A DNA stretch of 64,000 nt from Cenococcum geophilum (Eukaryota): the NCBI GenBank assembly GCA_050273025.1, contig CP158636.1, positions 3,782,001-3,846,000 of the forward strand. Reading direction: 5' to 3'. Every line of letters begins with the position of its first letter. The first letter of the stretch is position 1. A program made the position numbers and the translations under genes. The notes beneath the pieces were generated by a model. It did no database searches, was not told the DNA's origin, and was given only the letters and a program-made list of their open reading frames with translations. Positions 1 through 14,364 of this stretch are shown in pieces.

Positions 1-1739
1 TATTAAGTGAGCTTACCTAGCCTTATAGAGAGCTTACTAGATTATTATGGATGAATGTAAGGACATCTAAAAGAAACTGGCTCTATAGATGGCCGTAAAA
101 GCCGTTAATAATACCGCTGGCCCGGACGGACTAGTACCTACCCTTTTGGTCTATGGAGCCTACCTAAGGATAAGTAACCTAGGCCCTCTTACCCCGTTTA
201 TTATGGAACGAGCAGCTATAATATAGAAGGCAATGGCCGAAATAGTTAAATTACGGGCCAAATAAGCAGTTAATAGCGCCCTATATTACCGCAACGGACC
301 AGACATAACCTTAGTTTATGACCTTCCGCTTAATTCTAAAGTCCTTATATGGCGTGAAAGCGGTAATTGGATAGGACCTTACTGTTTACTAGCCGTAGAA
401 AATGAAACGTGCTGTGTATAACTCCCTAGCGGACTAACTAGCTTTAGGAGCACGTCTATAAAACCCTACTTTTGGCCTAAAAATACCTATGACGTTGAGC
501 TAGATAAACTAGAAGCAACTACTAAACTAGATAAACTAGAAGCGACTACCGAATTAGATAAACTAGAAGCACCCTTACCTACCCTAGAAGTCTCCTAGAA
601 ACTTACTAAACCTATTAAACCTGCTGTAAAGCGTAGCTAAGGACGCCCCTAAAAGCACCCTATAACTAAGAACCCCGTAATAAAGAATTACCTAACCTTT
701 ATAGGAATATCCGCAAGGCAATCTCCGCCTGCGGATATATTAGTTTTAGTATAGGAAACCCCTTTTACGGACTTATAACGTAAAGAGATTAACGGACTAC
801 TTAAGAAGGGCGTCTTTATAGTTATGATGGAGAAAGACGTTCCATAAGGCGTCCGTATATTTAACTTACGCTTTATTAACGAAATTAAGCACCCTAGTAC
901 TAACAAAGCCTTTAAAAAGTTAAGGCTTATTATATAAGCTTATAACGACTAGGGAAAGGACTTAGTCCTTACGCAATCGCCTATAATTTAACGAGTTAGT
1001 TAACGGATTATACTTGCACTTACGCCTAAACTACAGTAAACTAAGCCTGTAGCCCTATACTTACGGGATATCTTATAAGCCTATATGCAGTCTAATACCT
1101 ACCTAAGTAGGGATATCTTTATATGACTATCCCGCGAGCTTAACCTATAACTAGGAACAATTTTATAGGTTATAAAACCTCTTTACAGAGTACCAGAAGC
1201 TAGAAACCATTAGTTTAAGATATACTACTAGTACTATATTAGTAAACTTAAAATGGAACAGTCGACCTATAACCCCTACCTCCTATATAGCCCATTAAAC
1301 GGCCTTGGTATTATTGGACTCTAAATAGATAATACCCTCTTTCTAGTAGACTAAACCTTTGCGGATGCTAAAGAAACTAAACTATAAAAGGTAAAGTTCT
1401 TAGTAAAGCTGTAAGAGTAGTTAACTAAGCAGACTCTAATTAAGTTTAATAGAAGCTTAATTATATAAAAGGGTAACCTAATTAAGCTGACTTAGGAACG
1501 CTAAGCTTAAAACCTAAAGCCTGTTATAGCAAAGCCTATAAACCTTACTAGTTCCCGCGGAGAGACCCGCAAGACTGTAAATATAAAGGACTAATATGCT
1601 ATACAGCGTGTAAGAGGCGCCTATATTGCTATAGTTTGTTAACTTAAATCTGCCTATAATTTATCCTTTGCGGCCTAGGTAATAGACCTATAAGAGGAAA
1701 ATATTAAATAGCTTAATAAGCGCATTTAGTGGTAAATTA

Positions 1740-2885
1740 TAAGATTTAATTTACCGTCCGACCTAGTCCCCCTAATGGGTCCACACAGACTAATTCCTAT
1801 GGGAAAAACCTCTTTACTGAGAAAAACCCCATTTTTAAGTGTACAAAAAACCCCCAGGGGAGACGTGAGAGGTAATATTCCAGATAACATCCATACTACA
1901 TTAACGGGAGGAAAAACACTGTTAGGTTGCTGCTTTGAGACTCCCTTTACACAGGAGTGTCTAAATACCTATCTTGCCCCATCTGCTATTTAAACCATCT
2001 TTGCTATATTTATATCTTGCTTATCTAAGTTGTATGCCTATCCCTAGCTCCTTTTCTAAGTCTTCTATAAATATCTCCTAATAAATAACACTTGCGTTCC
2101 GCCCGGGCCTATATACTAAGGTCTCTTATCTACTCCTCTATTAAAGGGTTTCTATAACGGGGTGTATATAACTTAGTATTGCTTTTGCCCTAGGGCCTAA
2201 ACCTAGGCCCTTATACCTATTTATAAGGTATAGGAGGATAATCTAGTATTTAATAGGGGGCCTAATCTCTATAACTAGATACCTAGGTTACCGGATAATG
2301 TTAAAATAGGGGGCCTCTGCTACGCTTAGGGCGCGGATTGCTTATATATGTGTGTAGATGCTATACGGTATGTGTAGTATTTATAGGAGGGAGGGTCTAC
2401 GCCGAAGGGATAATACTTGTCGATTTAATGTCTAAATATATACATTAAAGATGTAGTAGCGGTGTTTAACCTTTTTACTAAGGCTCACCCCTTAGTAAAA
2501 AAACCTTTGCACCACCACTACGTCGCTGCGTAGGCGCTGCGCAGCCGTATATACGTCTTTGCGTTTGCTCTAGTAGTCTATTAACACAATCCAAATGGAA
2601 CATTAATAGTAGCTACTAGGTTCCTGGGCTCCACCGCATAGGGGTACAGAAGTCGCTTTTCTAGAGTCGTTTTTTTAACTGGTTTAGCGCTAAGGCCTAT
2701 AAAAACTCTGCTATTCTAATAGCGTTAAGGGTTAAGTATTTAAAGGCCCCCTCTAGCCACAACGTAACGCTGCTACATCAGTAACAGACGAGATCCTCAC
2801 TCTCAGCTTGGCCATACGGACAAGATGAGACGGAAAAGAACCCCTATAGGACCGTATGGGTCAGATCTCAATTTTAATATTCCTT
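1740..2885 (-). mobile_element. ~1.15 kb non-autonomous LINE-dependent retroelement (SINE/SIDE-like), full-length copy
   Basis: Splits the Copia pol, which is contiguous in the copy near 54240-54280. Flanked by TSD tttagtggtaaatta (1725-1739) / tttagtagtaaatta (2886-2900). Its 5' ~190 nt match the LINE 5' end at 15575-15763, and its 3' ~50 nt resemble the LINE 3' end at 10625-10665. Confidence 0.8.
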
Positions 2886-3925
2886 TTTAGTAGTAAATTA
2901 ATAATACAGTAAGGGGACTTACTTTTATACCACTAAACCTGAATTTCCTTAGCTTACTAGCATTTATAAATACCTCCTTTACTAATAATAAAGACCTATT
3001 ATTATAAATCGGCTTTATAATTGTACTTACGGACCGCAATTAGGACATAAATATACTGTATTAGTCTTTAATTAAGTGTAAATAAGTAACCTATAGTGTA
3101 CTAGCTTCTAAACTATATATACTAGCTTATAGCTTTAATATAGCAGCCGCAATTAAATTAATAGTCTAGAAGATTCTATAACTAGAGTAGTTACCCCTAG
3201 TTCTATATACCGATTTAAAGTCTCTCTATAACTACCTAGTTAAACTAGGTACGATATAAGAGAAGAGGCTTATAGTTAACCTAATATGCTTATATTAGGC
3301 CTATAAACGACGTAAAATTATAGAGGTTAAATAGATTAGCGGCGGAACTAACCCAGTAGACGCTATAATTAAGGTAAAGCTATATTAAGCCCTTAAAACC
3401 TTAATTAACACAAATAAGCTTAACCTAAAAGTTATAAAATAGGTAGAATAGGACTAATGGAGTACCTACGGTACGCCTACGGCCCGTTAGAAGGCCGTAC
3501 GGCTTATTATACGGCCTATTTTACGGACCGTAAACTATTAGGTAGAAAACGGTAGAAAGCTACAATAGAACTTAGTGGACTTACGTAACCTACCAAATTC
3601 TGCTATAATCTGCTAGGGTAGTTAAATTAACTAATTACGATTTTCTATCCCCGGGATAGAAAATCGCTATTAGCTCGCTTAGTACTAGCGCCTTAGCGGC
3701 CCCTAAGATCTAACTTATAGCTCGTCTATAGCCTATTAAAAGGCCATATAGTTTATTTTATGGACCATAAGCAGGACTTATGGCTAGCTTAAAGTACTGT
3801 TTAGAAGGCAGCCTAGACGGCACCTTAGGGGAGATTTCCTATGTATTTTCCTTTATATTTTATGGTTTTATTAAAGCAATTATAGAGGCTGTATATAGGT
3901 GGTTTTATTTTTTAAGTACCGCTAG

Positions 3926-4196
3926 TGTATAATTACAGCACCTATTATACTAACCGCATACTTACGCGTTCGGTACACCAGGTACACATTTACGCGTTTA
4001 GTGCACTAACCACTCGCTTACGCGTCTAGTGCACTTATAAAGCACTAACTAATTAAGGGGGAGGTGTATTAGTATATAGACTACGTAGTCTGCTTTATAC
4101 AATCGACAGTTACTATTATCTAAAAGAGTATATAATACTATACGTATTTCGTGCCCCTAGATCTAACTCACTCGTGCTATTAAATTGGTACGAACA
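3926..4196 (+). repeat. 3' LTR of Copia family A (271 bp)
   Basis: tgtataattac...ggtacgaaca; reverse-complement copies at 53177-53444 and 57927-58194. Confidence 0.92.
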
Positions 4197-4422
4197 AATA
4201 GATTTAAAGGTTACTATATTAATTAATTTATATTTTAATAAAAACTTAATTATATAATAGCTTATATAGCTATTAAGTAAAAAAAATTAGGCTTTATTAC
4301 TAAATAATTTGGTTTTAAGTTAAAATATATATAATAAATAATCTAAATATAATATAATTGGTTATTTCATTTTTCCTTAAGCCTATATATATTTACTAAG
4401 GCATTTTGGCTTAATATAACTA

Positions 4423-7400
4423 TGTCGGTATAACTCTCTTTATTAACGTGCACGAATATCACTTATAGTAGTACATATGCGGTATTGAAGTTAGTAGTTA
4501 ATTGTTGTTTAGAAGAAAGGGGTTACTCCAAGGTTAGACAGTTAGTCTCGCTTCGTAGTCCCGTAACTACATCACGTAATTAATGTTCTGATACTGGAGC
4601 AACTCTAAAAAGAAGGCTAATCTACACTCCAAAGTTAAGTCTTCTAGACTACTCGTAACGTATACGCAATAGCGACTTTCTACTAAATTCTGCTATGTTA
4701 CTAAATTCTGCCAAATTCTGCCATGTTACCGAATTCTGCCAAATTCTGCCGAACCTAACTTCATCCCCGGGATGGAAAATCGCTATTGGCTCGCTTAGTA
4801 CTAGCGCCAACGCTAAACCAAAGTCGAATCCATTCGCTTAACCCACCCTACAGCCTATAATTTAACTCAATTTGTGTTAATAAGCTATAATAATACTATA
4901 TAGGGCTTACTCTTTATCATAGCGTCCGCAGGGTTAGTATCTTTATTAATCCACTTAACTTTAGTAATCTATCTTTATTTATAAGCTTAGCGAAGGCATA
5001 TTATATTAATTATTAAGCGTTTCTCTTACGTAGTTCTTAGTTGGACAAGACAGTTATATAAAGACTTTAAATTAGTATAGAGAATAAGTAATAAGTTAAC
5101 CTATAAGACCTTATCTAGCGTAGATTTAATTATAGCGCCTATATTAAAACTATACGCTATACTATATAACTCTAAGGCTAATATACTCCTAGTGACTCTT
5201 TTGCACTTAATTAAGGACTAATAAACAATATTTACCTTATTTAAGGCGTCTGCTAGTATAAATACATAGCCAATTTACAAAGATAAGTCCTTATTATTAG
5301 TAAAGGAAGCGTCCGTAAATACCAGGAGTTATAAGGTATTAATATCTAGCTTAACGAACTTTAGGCCTCTATTTACGTTCTTAATCTACTAGCTTAATCG
5401 CTTATTAAGACTCTTTATATTATCTTTAACTGGGTTAATTACCTAGGTAATAAAGGATAGGTTAAATAAGGCCTCTAGCTGACAGACTAAGGTAATATAG
5501 GCTCCTCTAGCGCGTTAAGCGATATACTAGTCCTTTGGTATAAACAGGCTATACATAACTCCTCTAGAGCTAGTGCTATCTACTAGCGTAGTATTAACTA
5601 CACTAAGGTTCTCACACTGGCGCTTTTGTGTTAGCGTAATACTCCCATTTTATGTTAATTAAATAAGTCCTCCGTTAAACTTAATTGGTATATTAGCGGT
5701 TAATTACTTTCGCTCCTTAGCTATAAATTTAGCCTTATATAGTTCGCTTTATTTAACCTCTATAAAGGTATTATCTGCAAGGAATAGTATATCGTTAATC
5801 TATAGGCCAGTAATTTTAAAAGGCTTATTACTATAGAGTAAGTAAGGGTTGTATATAGACTGGTCTATTTACAGCTAATTAACATAGTATAAATAGTAGG
5901 TCTTAAACCAGTGGTTTCTAGCTTTAGGTACTCTGTAAAGTGGCTTTATAACCTTTAGAATGGAGTCCGTATTAATTCCCAATTGTTTATTTAGCTTATA
6001 TAGTAGTTATATATAAAACTCGCGGTTTAGGTTCGTAGTAGACTAGATATAGGCTTATAAGATGTCTTGGAGGTAGAGTTATATCTATAGTAGCATAGCA
6101 GCAATACAGAGAATCAGCCGCTGGCTAACCCGTTAAATTGTTGGTAACTAAGTAAGGACTAGCTCTTTCTCTAAATTATTATAGGCCTATATAACAAGTC
6201 GTGATTTCTTAAAGGCTCTATTAGTTCCCTTATTCTTAATCTTATTAACAAACCGTAAGTTAAAGAGTCTGACCCCCTTTGGCATATCGTGTAGCTTAAT
6301 AATCTTAAAGACGCCTTTCTTAAGTAGGCCTATAACCTCCTTTTATTATAAAGCGCTAAATTAGGTGTTATCATCGTTCTATAAGTAGATAGCGATATCG
6401 GCGATATCTATAATATCACCCGTAAAAGCACCTGTATCTATTATAGCGTCTATAATAGCCGTGTCTGCGACAGCCGTAAGTAATAGGTATTTATAGGGGC
6501 GACCTCTACCTTACTTTGGCGGTAGCTGTAGTTCAGCTTTAGGTAACGATTAAGGTTCAGCTAGTAAAGGTACTAATTCAACTAATTTAATAGGCTCTCG
6601 TGGTTCGACTAGGTCTTATAGGTCTAGTAAGTAAAATTTTATAACCGTAGAGCGGAAGGTTGTAGGCCTATTTAGTAGCTTTACGGTATAGGTCTTACCG
6701 TCAACGGCAAGTAGCGTATATAGCCTATCCCAATAACCACTCTGGCCAGTATTGCCTTCTCTCTAGACTAAGACAGGCGAACTAGGTGGGAGGCCGTAAA
6801 TGGCATTAGTTTGTGGTCCGTTTCGCATATTAAGAGCGTTAGCGATCTATTGTTCAGCTTATAGCTTCTGGATTTCTACTATTGCTTTCTTAATAGCCGC
6901 AGCTCGCTATGTAACTAAAGGTAATAGCGCGTCCGATTTAACCATTTGGGGGTAAGCTCCGAAGACTAGAAGTATAGGGATTAGGCCTTCTAGGCCAGCT
7001 GTGTTATTAATAGCTTTAAAGGCTATTTATAGGGCCATCTCCTTACTAATTTCAGGGATTTCAGTTATAATAATTTGGTAGGCTTGTTATAGCGGACCGT
7101 AGTAGCGCTCTACCATTCTAATAGAATTATATAATTCAACTAGAACTAACTTTATGGTTACTCCCATAGTAGCAGCGTAGTGCTTAAACTCCTTGCTAAT
7201 AAAGTTCTTTTTGGTGTCTGTAGTAATTAGGTCTAATAGTCCTAAGTAGCTATTAATCTAGTATATCCGTAGAATATCCTAAGTGTGCTTGGCGCTGATA
7301 TCTCGTAGCTATCTACCAGCTTAAAATTAAGTTGCTTTGTTAACTATATATAGTAGGGGGGAGCCGCTAATATATATAATGTCGACGATGATATTATAAT

Positions 7401-10400
7401 TAAAATTGACGTTGTCTTATAGGGTGAAGCGAAATCTACCTAGAGATCTGCTATACTTCTAGTAATAGTGGTAGAGTTTAGTTAGCTCTTTAATAGCAGA
7501 TCTATTAGTATTATAGCCGTAGCCAGCCTTATTAAGAAGCTTTTGTAGTCTATTAACTAATAGGTAACTAAACTAATGGTATAGACGTTGTAGTTCTACG
7601 TTAGTTAAGTAGTAAGGGTTTGTATTAAAAGACTTAACTAAATAGGACTATAAGGAGAAGCTCTATAAAAGAAATAGGTGGCCAAATTGTCTAACTACTA
7701 GCACCCTTTTAGTGCGAGTGATGATAACGTCCTTTAGGTTATTGTATTTAATATAAAGTCTATCTATATCTGCTAAGCAAAGTAGGAAAGGGGTATCTGC
7801 TTTAACGATATGGAATTATATCTTACCTATAGGGCTGTTAACATCTATAGTTCCAATAGACGTAGATGCTCTAATTCCGAATTAGATAGTTACTTAACCC
7901 TTAGTTAACGTGTTAAGACTTACGGACTTATCTACAGCCTATAGAGCTTGGAATTGGCCGTAGCTAGCCGTAAACTTACGCAAAGCACCCGTATTAATTA
8001 TAATTCCTATAAAGACCGTTAAGGTATATCGTGACGCTGTAGTTGTAGCCATACTATAGGCAAATAGGTCAGTCTCCGTGTAAGGTTCTGTAGTAGACTT
8101 TGTGGTAAGTTCTAAAGCCGTAAGCAAGTATATATAAGCCTTATTGGCTAGCTCTACGCTTATAGAGGTTGCTTCCTCTATAGTAAGTATTTTAAAGGTG
8201 GTAATATAGGCAGAACTATTGTTAGGTTCTCCGGCATTGTTCCTAGAGTCGTTAGCGTCTTTAGCGTCTTATATATAGGCTTTAAAGTCTAAATTATCGT
8301 CTTTATCTTTTTCGCAAGCAGCGACGTATTACTTAAAGTAGTTGTTAAAGTTACCCTTATTACGGCCCTTAATATTAGTAAAGCGTCTCTTGTAATTATC
8401 TCTAGACCGATTACGCTCCTCCTTTATATATTTCTATAAACGGCAGTCCTCCTTCTTACAGATATAGTACTTGGCCTTTAGTCTGCCGTTAGTTCTATAG
8501 GGGCGATTACTATTGTAGCGGTTAGTGTTTTGGTCTCGATTCTGGTTATTTTAGTAGTAGCGTTAATCTATAAAAAAAGCTTGGTGAGACGATCTTATTA
8601 AGGCCTGTAGGGGGTATTCTTTTTCCTATATAACAATAGAGGATTATAGTTTGCTAATTAACTAAGAGAGGTTTTCTAAAGGGTTAGAGATAGTAATACG
8701 GTATACTAGTACTCCCTAATAAGCAGTAACTAGCTTATTTATAAGAATGCGGTTTGTACGGAAGTCTAGGTATAGTCTATAACGTTATTTTAGTAGCTTG
8801 TCTATAAGCAGTTAGAAGTTCTAATAGATTAACTTATTAGGGTTCTCGTCTATAACTTCTTAGAGGGTTATACTATTCCACTCCGTAAGGTTCTTATGGT
8901 AGTATTCTAGCCCTTTAAAGAACTGTTATATATAGTTACAGGCTTCCGTAAAAGGTCTTAACTTAAGGTTACTATTATAGTAGTGGTCCTAAGCAAGCCC
9001 TTTTAGCATGCTAGGGAATGCTACTATATAGCCTTCTGGTGGCAAGCTAGATCTCTTATAAATATTATAGAAGATGGTTAACTTAAAGTTAAAGCTGTTA
9101 CTAACTTTATTGTACTTTTGGTCGTTTATGTAGATCTTTATAATTATAGCTACCTCTTTATTATATCTAGGCCCTTACCTAGGTCCTTACTCCACACTAG
9201 GCATAACTAGTTTAGGTAGTATATATATAGGTAGCTATTACGGCTGCTGTGGTTGCTGCGACTATAGTAATTAGTTAATAAAAGTGTGGATTTAGTTATA
9301 ATTGGAGGATTAAGGACCAGGAGGGGTAGTAGGGGTAGTAGGGGTAGCGATTGGAGTAGCTAGCGGTACAGCAATCGGAGTAGCTGGTGGTGCAGCGATT
9401 GGAGTAGTTAGCGGTACAGCAGTTGGAATAGCTAGTAAAAGAGCTGGTGATGCTTATATAGCTAATAAGGGACTATAGAAAGGTGTTAACACTAGTAGAG
9501 CTATAGTAAGCTTGTCTAAGGTTAAATTAAGTTGGTCTTGCAGAGCCATAGTGATTATTAGCTTAATATTATTAAGTGCTAGACTAATCTCTTCGTCCGT
9601 CCATTTATGAAACTCTTTTTCTTAGAGGAGGTTAAATAGTGCTTCTAAGATTAAATATCTGTTATTATACTTTCCGATATACACTCCTCTCTTAAGTAAA
9701 TAGATGCGTAACTTTGCTCTTATATCAGTTCGCATGCGTTTAAAATCCTCAGTAGTAAAACCTTTAAATTCCTCCTTAAATACTGTCCATAGTGTATAGT
9801 CTATAAAGTTCTCCTATATATGTATATAGACCTTTATTGCTATATAGTCTCCTAGCTTATCTTTAGAAGCTATAGCAGCAGTAATTCCATTACTATACTT
9901 TAATATCTTTTCTTACTACTCTATTGTAGTGTAAAGCAGTATACGTTTAGGTGGAGGTTATAAAGGTTTAAGGTTTAAGATTTAAGGTTTGAGGTTAAGG
10001 TTAAGGTTAAGGGTTAAGGTTAAGGTTAAGGTTGAGGTTAAGGTTGAGGGTAGTGTATACGTTCTCTACAGCTATTAGGCCTGTAAAGTGTTCTTAGCAA
10101 GATTGCTATTCTCTCAGCGATCTATTATATTAGCTATAAAGCTAATATAAATTCTCTTAAGCTTAAGGGAGGTTGTAATCTTTTTTAAGTAAAGATATAA
10201 TTCTCTAGGCGATCTAACGCGTTAGCAGTTAAGTTAATACATAGTCTTAAGCTTTAAGGGTAATATAGCTTTCTCCTTTAATAAAATAGATAAGAACTAG
10301 GCGATTATAAACTGTTTCTAGTACTACTTCTTAAGCGCTAGCTATTGCGTATTTCCTAATCTATACGTCTACTAATTAGTGTCGGTATAACTCTCTTTAT

Positions 10401-10550
10401 TAACGTGCACAAATATTACTTGTAGTGGTACGTATACAGTATTGAAGTTAGTAGTTAATTATTGTCTAGAAGAAAGGGGTTGCTCTAAGGTCAGACAGTT
10501 AGTCTCGCTTCGTAGTCCCATAACTATGTCACGTAATTAATGTTCCGACA
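4423..10550 (-). mobile_element. Full-length Ty1/Copia element, family B, copy 1 (RIP-degenerate)
   Basis: 171-bp LTRs at 4423-4593 and 10380-10550 with 5-bp TSD aacta (4418-4422 / 10551-10555). Minus-strand order is gag, protease (IIINTGA ~7990), integrase, RT, RNase H (VFTDASF ~5315). Confidence 0.95.
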
Positions 10551-13500
10551 AACTACATTAATAATAATTAATTAAGGGTAAATATTGCCCTTATAATAGA
10601 TATATATTTATTATTATTAATTCTATTTATCGCCCGATTTGGTCCCTTTTTAGGTCCATATAGGCTTCTACCTTCTATATATAGGAAAAAACCCCCTAGG
10701 GGGGAAAACCTAGGTATATCCTTTTAGCTAGTCTTACGCGCTCCGCCTTCGCCTAGCCTATATACCTTTATATAATGTCTGCCTTATATACCATGCTTCC
10801 AAGGTATCTTGGAAGATCTAGGGGGTAGTAGAAGGGTTTAGTAATTCGCCGGCGTGCCACCTTTGACTAGGTAGGGGGTGTCCAGTCTCTAAGAGACTAG
10901 AAGGGGGCGTATCCTTTAGTGTCCTCCTGCTGGATCTCATTTGCTGTCTAGAACTGCTAAAGGACTCCTTAGCTTATAAGCCATTATGCTGCTTCGTATA
11001 GACCCCTACTTATAGAGAGCATTTAGGTAATATCATTTGTGCCTACTCTAGCGAACAACTGGTCTCTTGTAGTGCGTTAGTTGCAGAATAGTAGTATATA
11101 GCGTACTGACTATATAGGCCATCCGCACGTACAGTATAGCGTAATATTTGGGACATAGATGCTTGCTAGCTATACATTTAGCCCTAGGACCTCTGTCCTT
11201 AGTAAGAAGGCGGCTATAAATTCTACCTTCGTCTGTCCTTTGTATAGGGGGAGAGTTAATATCATCCATAGGGTAATCCATATAGCTGCCCTCTGTGTTT
11301 TTGCCGCCTTCTTCCATTATTAGTTCTACTTAATATCTGCCCATCTTGCGATGTATATAGTGGATCTCCACTTATGCTAGTGGCCTCCTATCCTCTACTA
11401 CCGTAGTAGCGCTCCGCCGGCGTAGCGCCGGGTCTCCGCTTAGTGTTATAGTAGCTCCCATATTTTCTGTTCTTTCTCTGCCGTATATAGGCGGAGGGCT
11501 TCCTAGCTTATAAGCTTAGGCACGTTACCCCTCTAGGGGGCCCTTACTCCTTATATACAATTAAATATTTGGCGTATATCCTTCTCCACTAGGTGGTCTT
11601 ATACTATAGCTGCTCTCTATATAGTAATTGTGTCTATATATATATCTAGTAGAGGTACTATTACTTCGCGTTTTAGTGCGGCACGTAGTGTCCTCTTATA
11701 GGCCCCTATAATTCTACGTAGGTATTAGTTTTATAGTTTAACTAGTGGCTCTAGGGAGCTTTTTACTAGTGGCTTGCCTTTTAGGTTTACGCCCCAGATC
11801 TAGGCGCCGTATAGCATTGTTAGCCTTACTATAGCTGTGTATAGTAGTCGTGTGCGTCTAAATAAGGGTCCCCAGGTCAAGGCTGCGATACGCGATATCG
11901 CTGCGAATGCTGCTGCTCCCCTATGAGTCGCCTGTGTGATATACGCATTCCAGTTTAGTCTAGCGTCTACCCATACCCCTAAGACCTTAAGGGTGGCTTC
12001 TGGTTTTGCTTCGTAGCCCTAGATGCTTACTATTGACGCTAGGTTGTTATTCGCCTTCCTTTTCCTTGTAAAATAGATAAGCTAATATTTATCTAGTGCA
12101 AATTTAGCGCCATGCCGTTTTGCCTATATGACGCACCTATTATACACCTAGTTTAGTCTAGTGCAGTTTTCTGCTGCTGTGTTTCCCTATGTGATTAGGT
12201 TTATATCGTCTATAAATCCTAAGGCTACTATTTCCTGGTTGCTCTTAAATGTCTCTAGTAGCTTAGATATAAAGAATAAGAATAGGATTGGCAATAGGGG
12301 CGACCCCTATAGGATGCCTGTAGGTATTGGTATTAATTCGCTTTTATAGCCCTTAAACACTATCTTAGTAGTACGCCCTATTAGAAAGGCTTGTATAAAC
12401 TTAACTATCTATTTTAGTAGACCCTTCTTTCTTAGGATCTATAGGAGTCTCTTATACGATATGTTGTTAAAGGCTCCACTTAGGTCTAAGCTGAGTATAA
12501 ATACTACGCATCCTAGGCGGGCTTACCACGCCGCCTAGACGCTAAAGGTAATTAGGGAGAGGGCTAAGAGGGTTAATCGCTTCTTTCTTGCGCCTATTTG
12601 TGTCTATAGTAGTAGTCCTTACTTCTCTGCGGCGTCTTATATGCGCTCTATAACTATCTTTTCTAGAAGCTTTCCTAGTGTATTTTTAAGGGCGATTGGT
12701 CGGTAGCTTTTTAGGAAAAAGTAGTCCTTTTTATTTGGCTTTCTTAAGACGACTATAGTTGTTACTTTATAGCAGTCTGGTAGATTGCCTTCGTATAGGT
12801 AGATAGTTGCAGCGTTCGCTAGTAGTATTGCTAAGGCTTCTAACGTAGCCTTAATTGCCTCGTTTAGGATCCTATTTAGTCCTACCGCTTTGCCTATAGG
12901 GAGCTTCTAAATAGCTTCTTTTATATCCTTTATTAAGACTATCTGGCTTATCTCTAGGGGTAGGGGGTAGTCTTAGTTGCTGGTGTCCTATAAGTCTGCT
13001 TAGCCTACGCCTAGAAAGAACCTCTCTGCTAGTATTCTTATTTTTTCCCCATTATTATTTGTATACTAGTCGTGTGCTGTCCAACGTAGTGCGGGTAGGT
13101 GGGGGTCCCCTAGCGTTTCCCCTACGGCTCGCCTACTCTACTTTAACATTCGCCAGAGTCCTTAGTTGTGTGGCTTAGTGGGGTCTAAAGTAATTTCCTT
13201 AAGGAACTAGCGCTAGCTGTTTCTGCTTTCCTTCCATATTGTCTTCTTAAGCCTATTCTTTAGGGCTTTATAACTCTATTAGTGGTAGACCTCGCCCGTC
13301 TTACTATATTATCGCCTTGCCCTCCTTAAGCCTGCGAGTATCTGCGCTGCCTTTGGTAACCATTCGCGCCGGGCGTGTTTACTAGGCTAGGCCATTAGGC
13401 AATACTTATCTAGGCAGTTACTTATAGTCTTTTAGATATCCTCTAGCGTTACCTAAGGTATTGTTGCTAGCCTGTTGGTGATTTCCTGGGTATATTTTTC

Positions 13501-14364
13501 CTAATCGAGTTTCTGGATAGCGTATCTCTGGCGGGTTCGTTACGCTGGTGCGTTAACGTTAAGGGTTATCCGTATAGGTATGTAGTCTGCAGTTATTGCC
13601 TATGTATTCTCTAGCCCGCAGAAAGCTAGCTAGTCTACTAGTGCTTCGTGTATAAATATAAGGTCGATTATACTCTCTTAGGTTCCTCTTTTCCAGGTAG
13701 GTTCGCCTATTAGGGTGGTTAGGGCGAGGCCTCGCGTTTCTAGTTTATTAAGTAGGTAAGTTGCTTATACTTCTACTATGGCCTGCTGTCCTCCCCATAC
13801 TATATAGTGTGTATTGAAGTCCCCTAGGACTATTATCTCGCCTTCTGCTATGTCAATTGTTTATTAAAGTAGCCCCTATATAGTTATCTGGGGCCTATTA
13901 TCGCTTAAGTTATAAACATTAATTATACTAATTTAGCCCCTATTTGTAGCTATTTGTAGTTTAGCTATATTAGGGCTAATAGTATAATAGCTCTAGGCCT
14001 ATATATTAATGCGTTAGCTAATTAGAAAGCATACACGGGTAGACGGGTTTAGTTTATATAGGAGGTAGTATCCTTTTAGTTAGTACGTTTTACGGGTTTG
14101 TTTATTATACGCTAGCTCCTATAGGGCTATTATTTAGTATTCTTCTAGGTCCAGGCTGTTAAATAAAGGGCGTATTGCTCTATAGTTTAAGTGTCCACAG
14201 TTGTATTATATTGTTGTTAATCCTTTTATAGTTCGTCTAGTGACTTATAGGCGTCTTCTATTCGTGTCTAGGGCGTTTTACTTAGGGCCGCTACAATTGG
14301 GATTCTTTGTTAGGATAGGTCTCTGGCAGCGTTAGTGCTGCCTTATAGGCGTCCTACGGCTCGT

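Larger units (their letters stand above)
1..4196 (+). mobile_element. Ty1/Copia LTR retrotransposon, family A, copy 1 (5' part outside window; RIP-degenerate)
   Basis: Degenerate integrase tail (AVNNTAGPDGLVPTLLVYGAY, ~100-165), RT (KEINGLLKKGVF ~780; KPLYRVPEA ~1175) and RNase H (FTNNKDL ~2980). Ends in a TG...CA LTR at 3926-4196 that matches the LTRs at 53177-53444 and 57927-58194. Interrupted by the insertion at 1740-2885. Confidence 0.92.

Noticed and set aside
495..572. 27-bp tandem repeat, three copies
   Set aside because: In-frame low-complexity linker between integrase and RT of the Copia; not an independent feature.
2700..2790. Possible hammerhead ribozyme (CUGAUG...stem...GAA) in the shared 5' module, minus strand
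   Set aside because: The core reads CUGAUGU and GAAC/GAAU rather than CUGANGA and GAAA, and no NUH site with stems I/III can be placed. Better explained as a long hairpin.
9961..10050. (GGTTAA/GGTTGA)n run resembling telomeric repeats
   Set aside because: Not TTAGGG. It lies inside the Copia leader/gag start, and similar runs sit at the equivalent position in the other Copia copies (~20010, ~57690).
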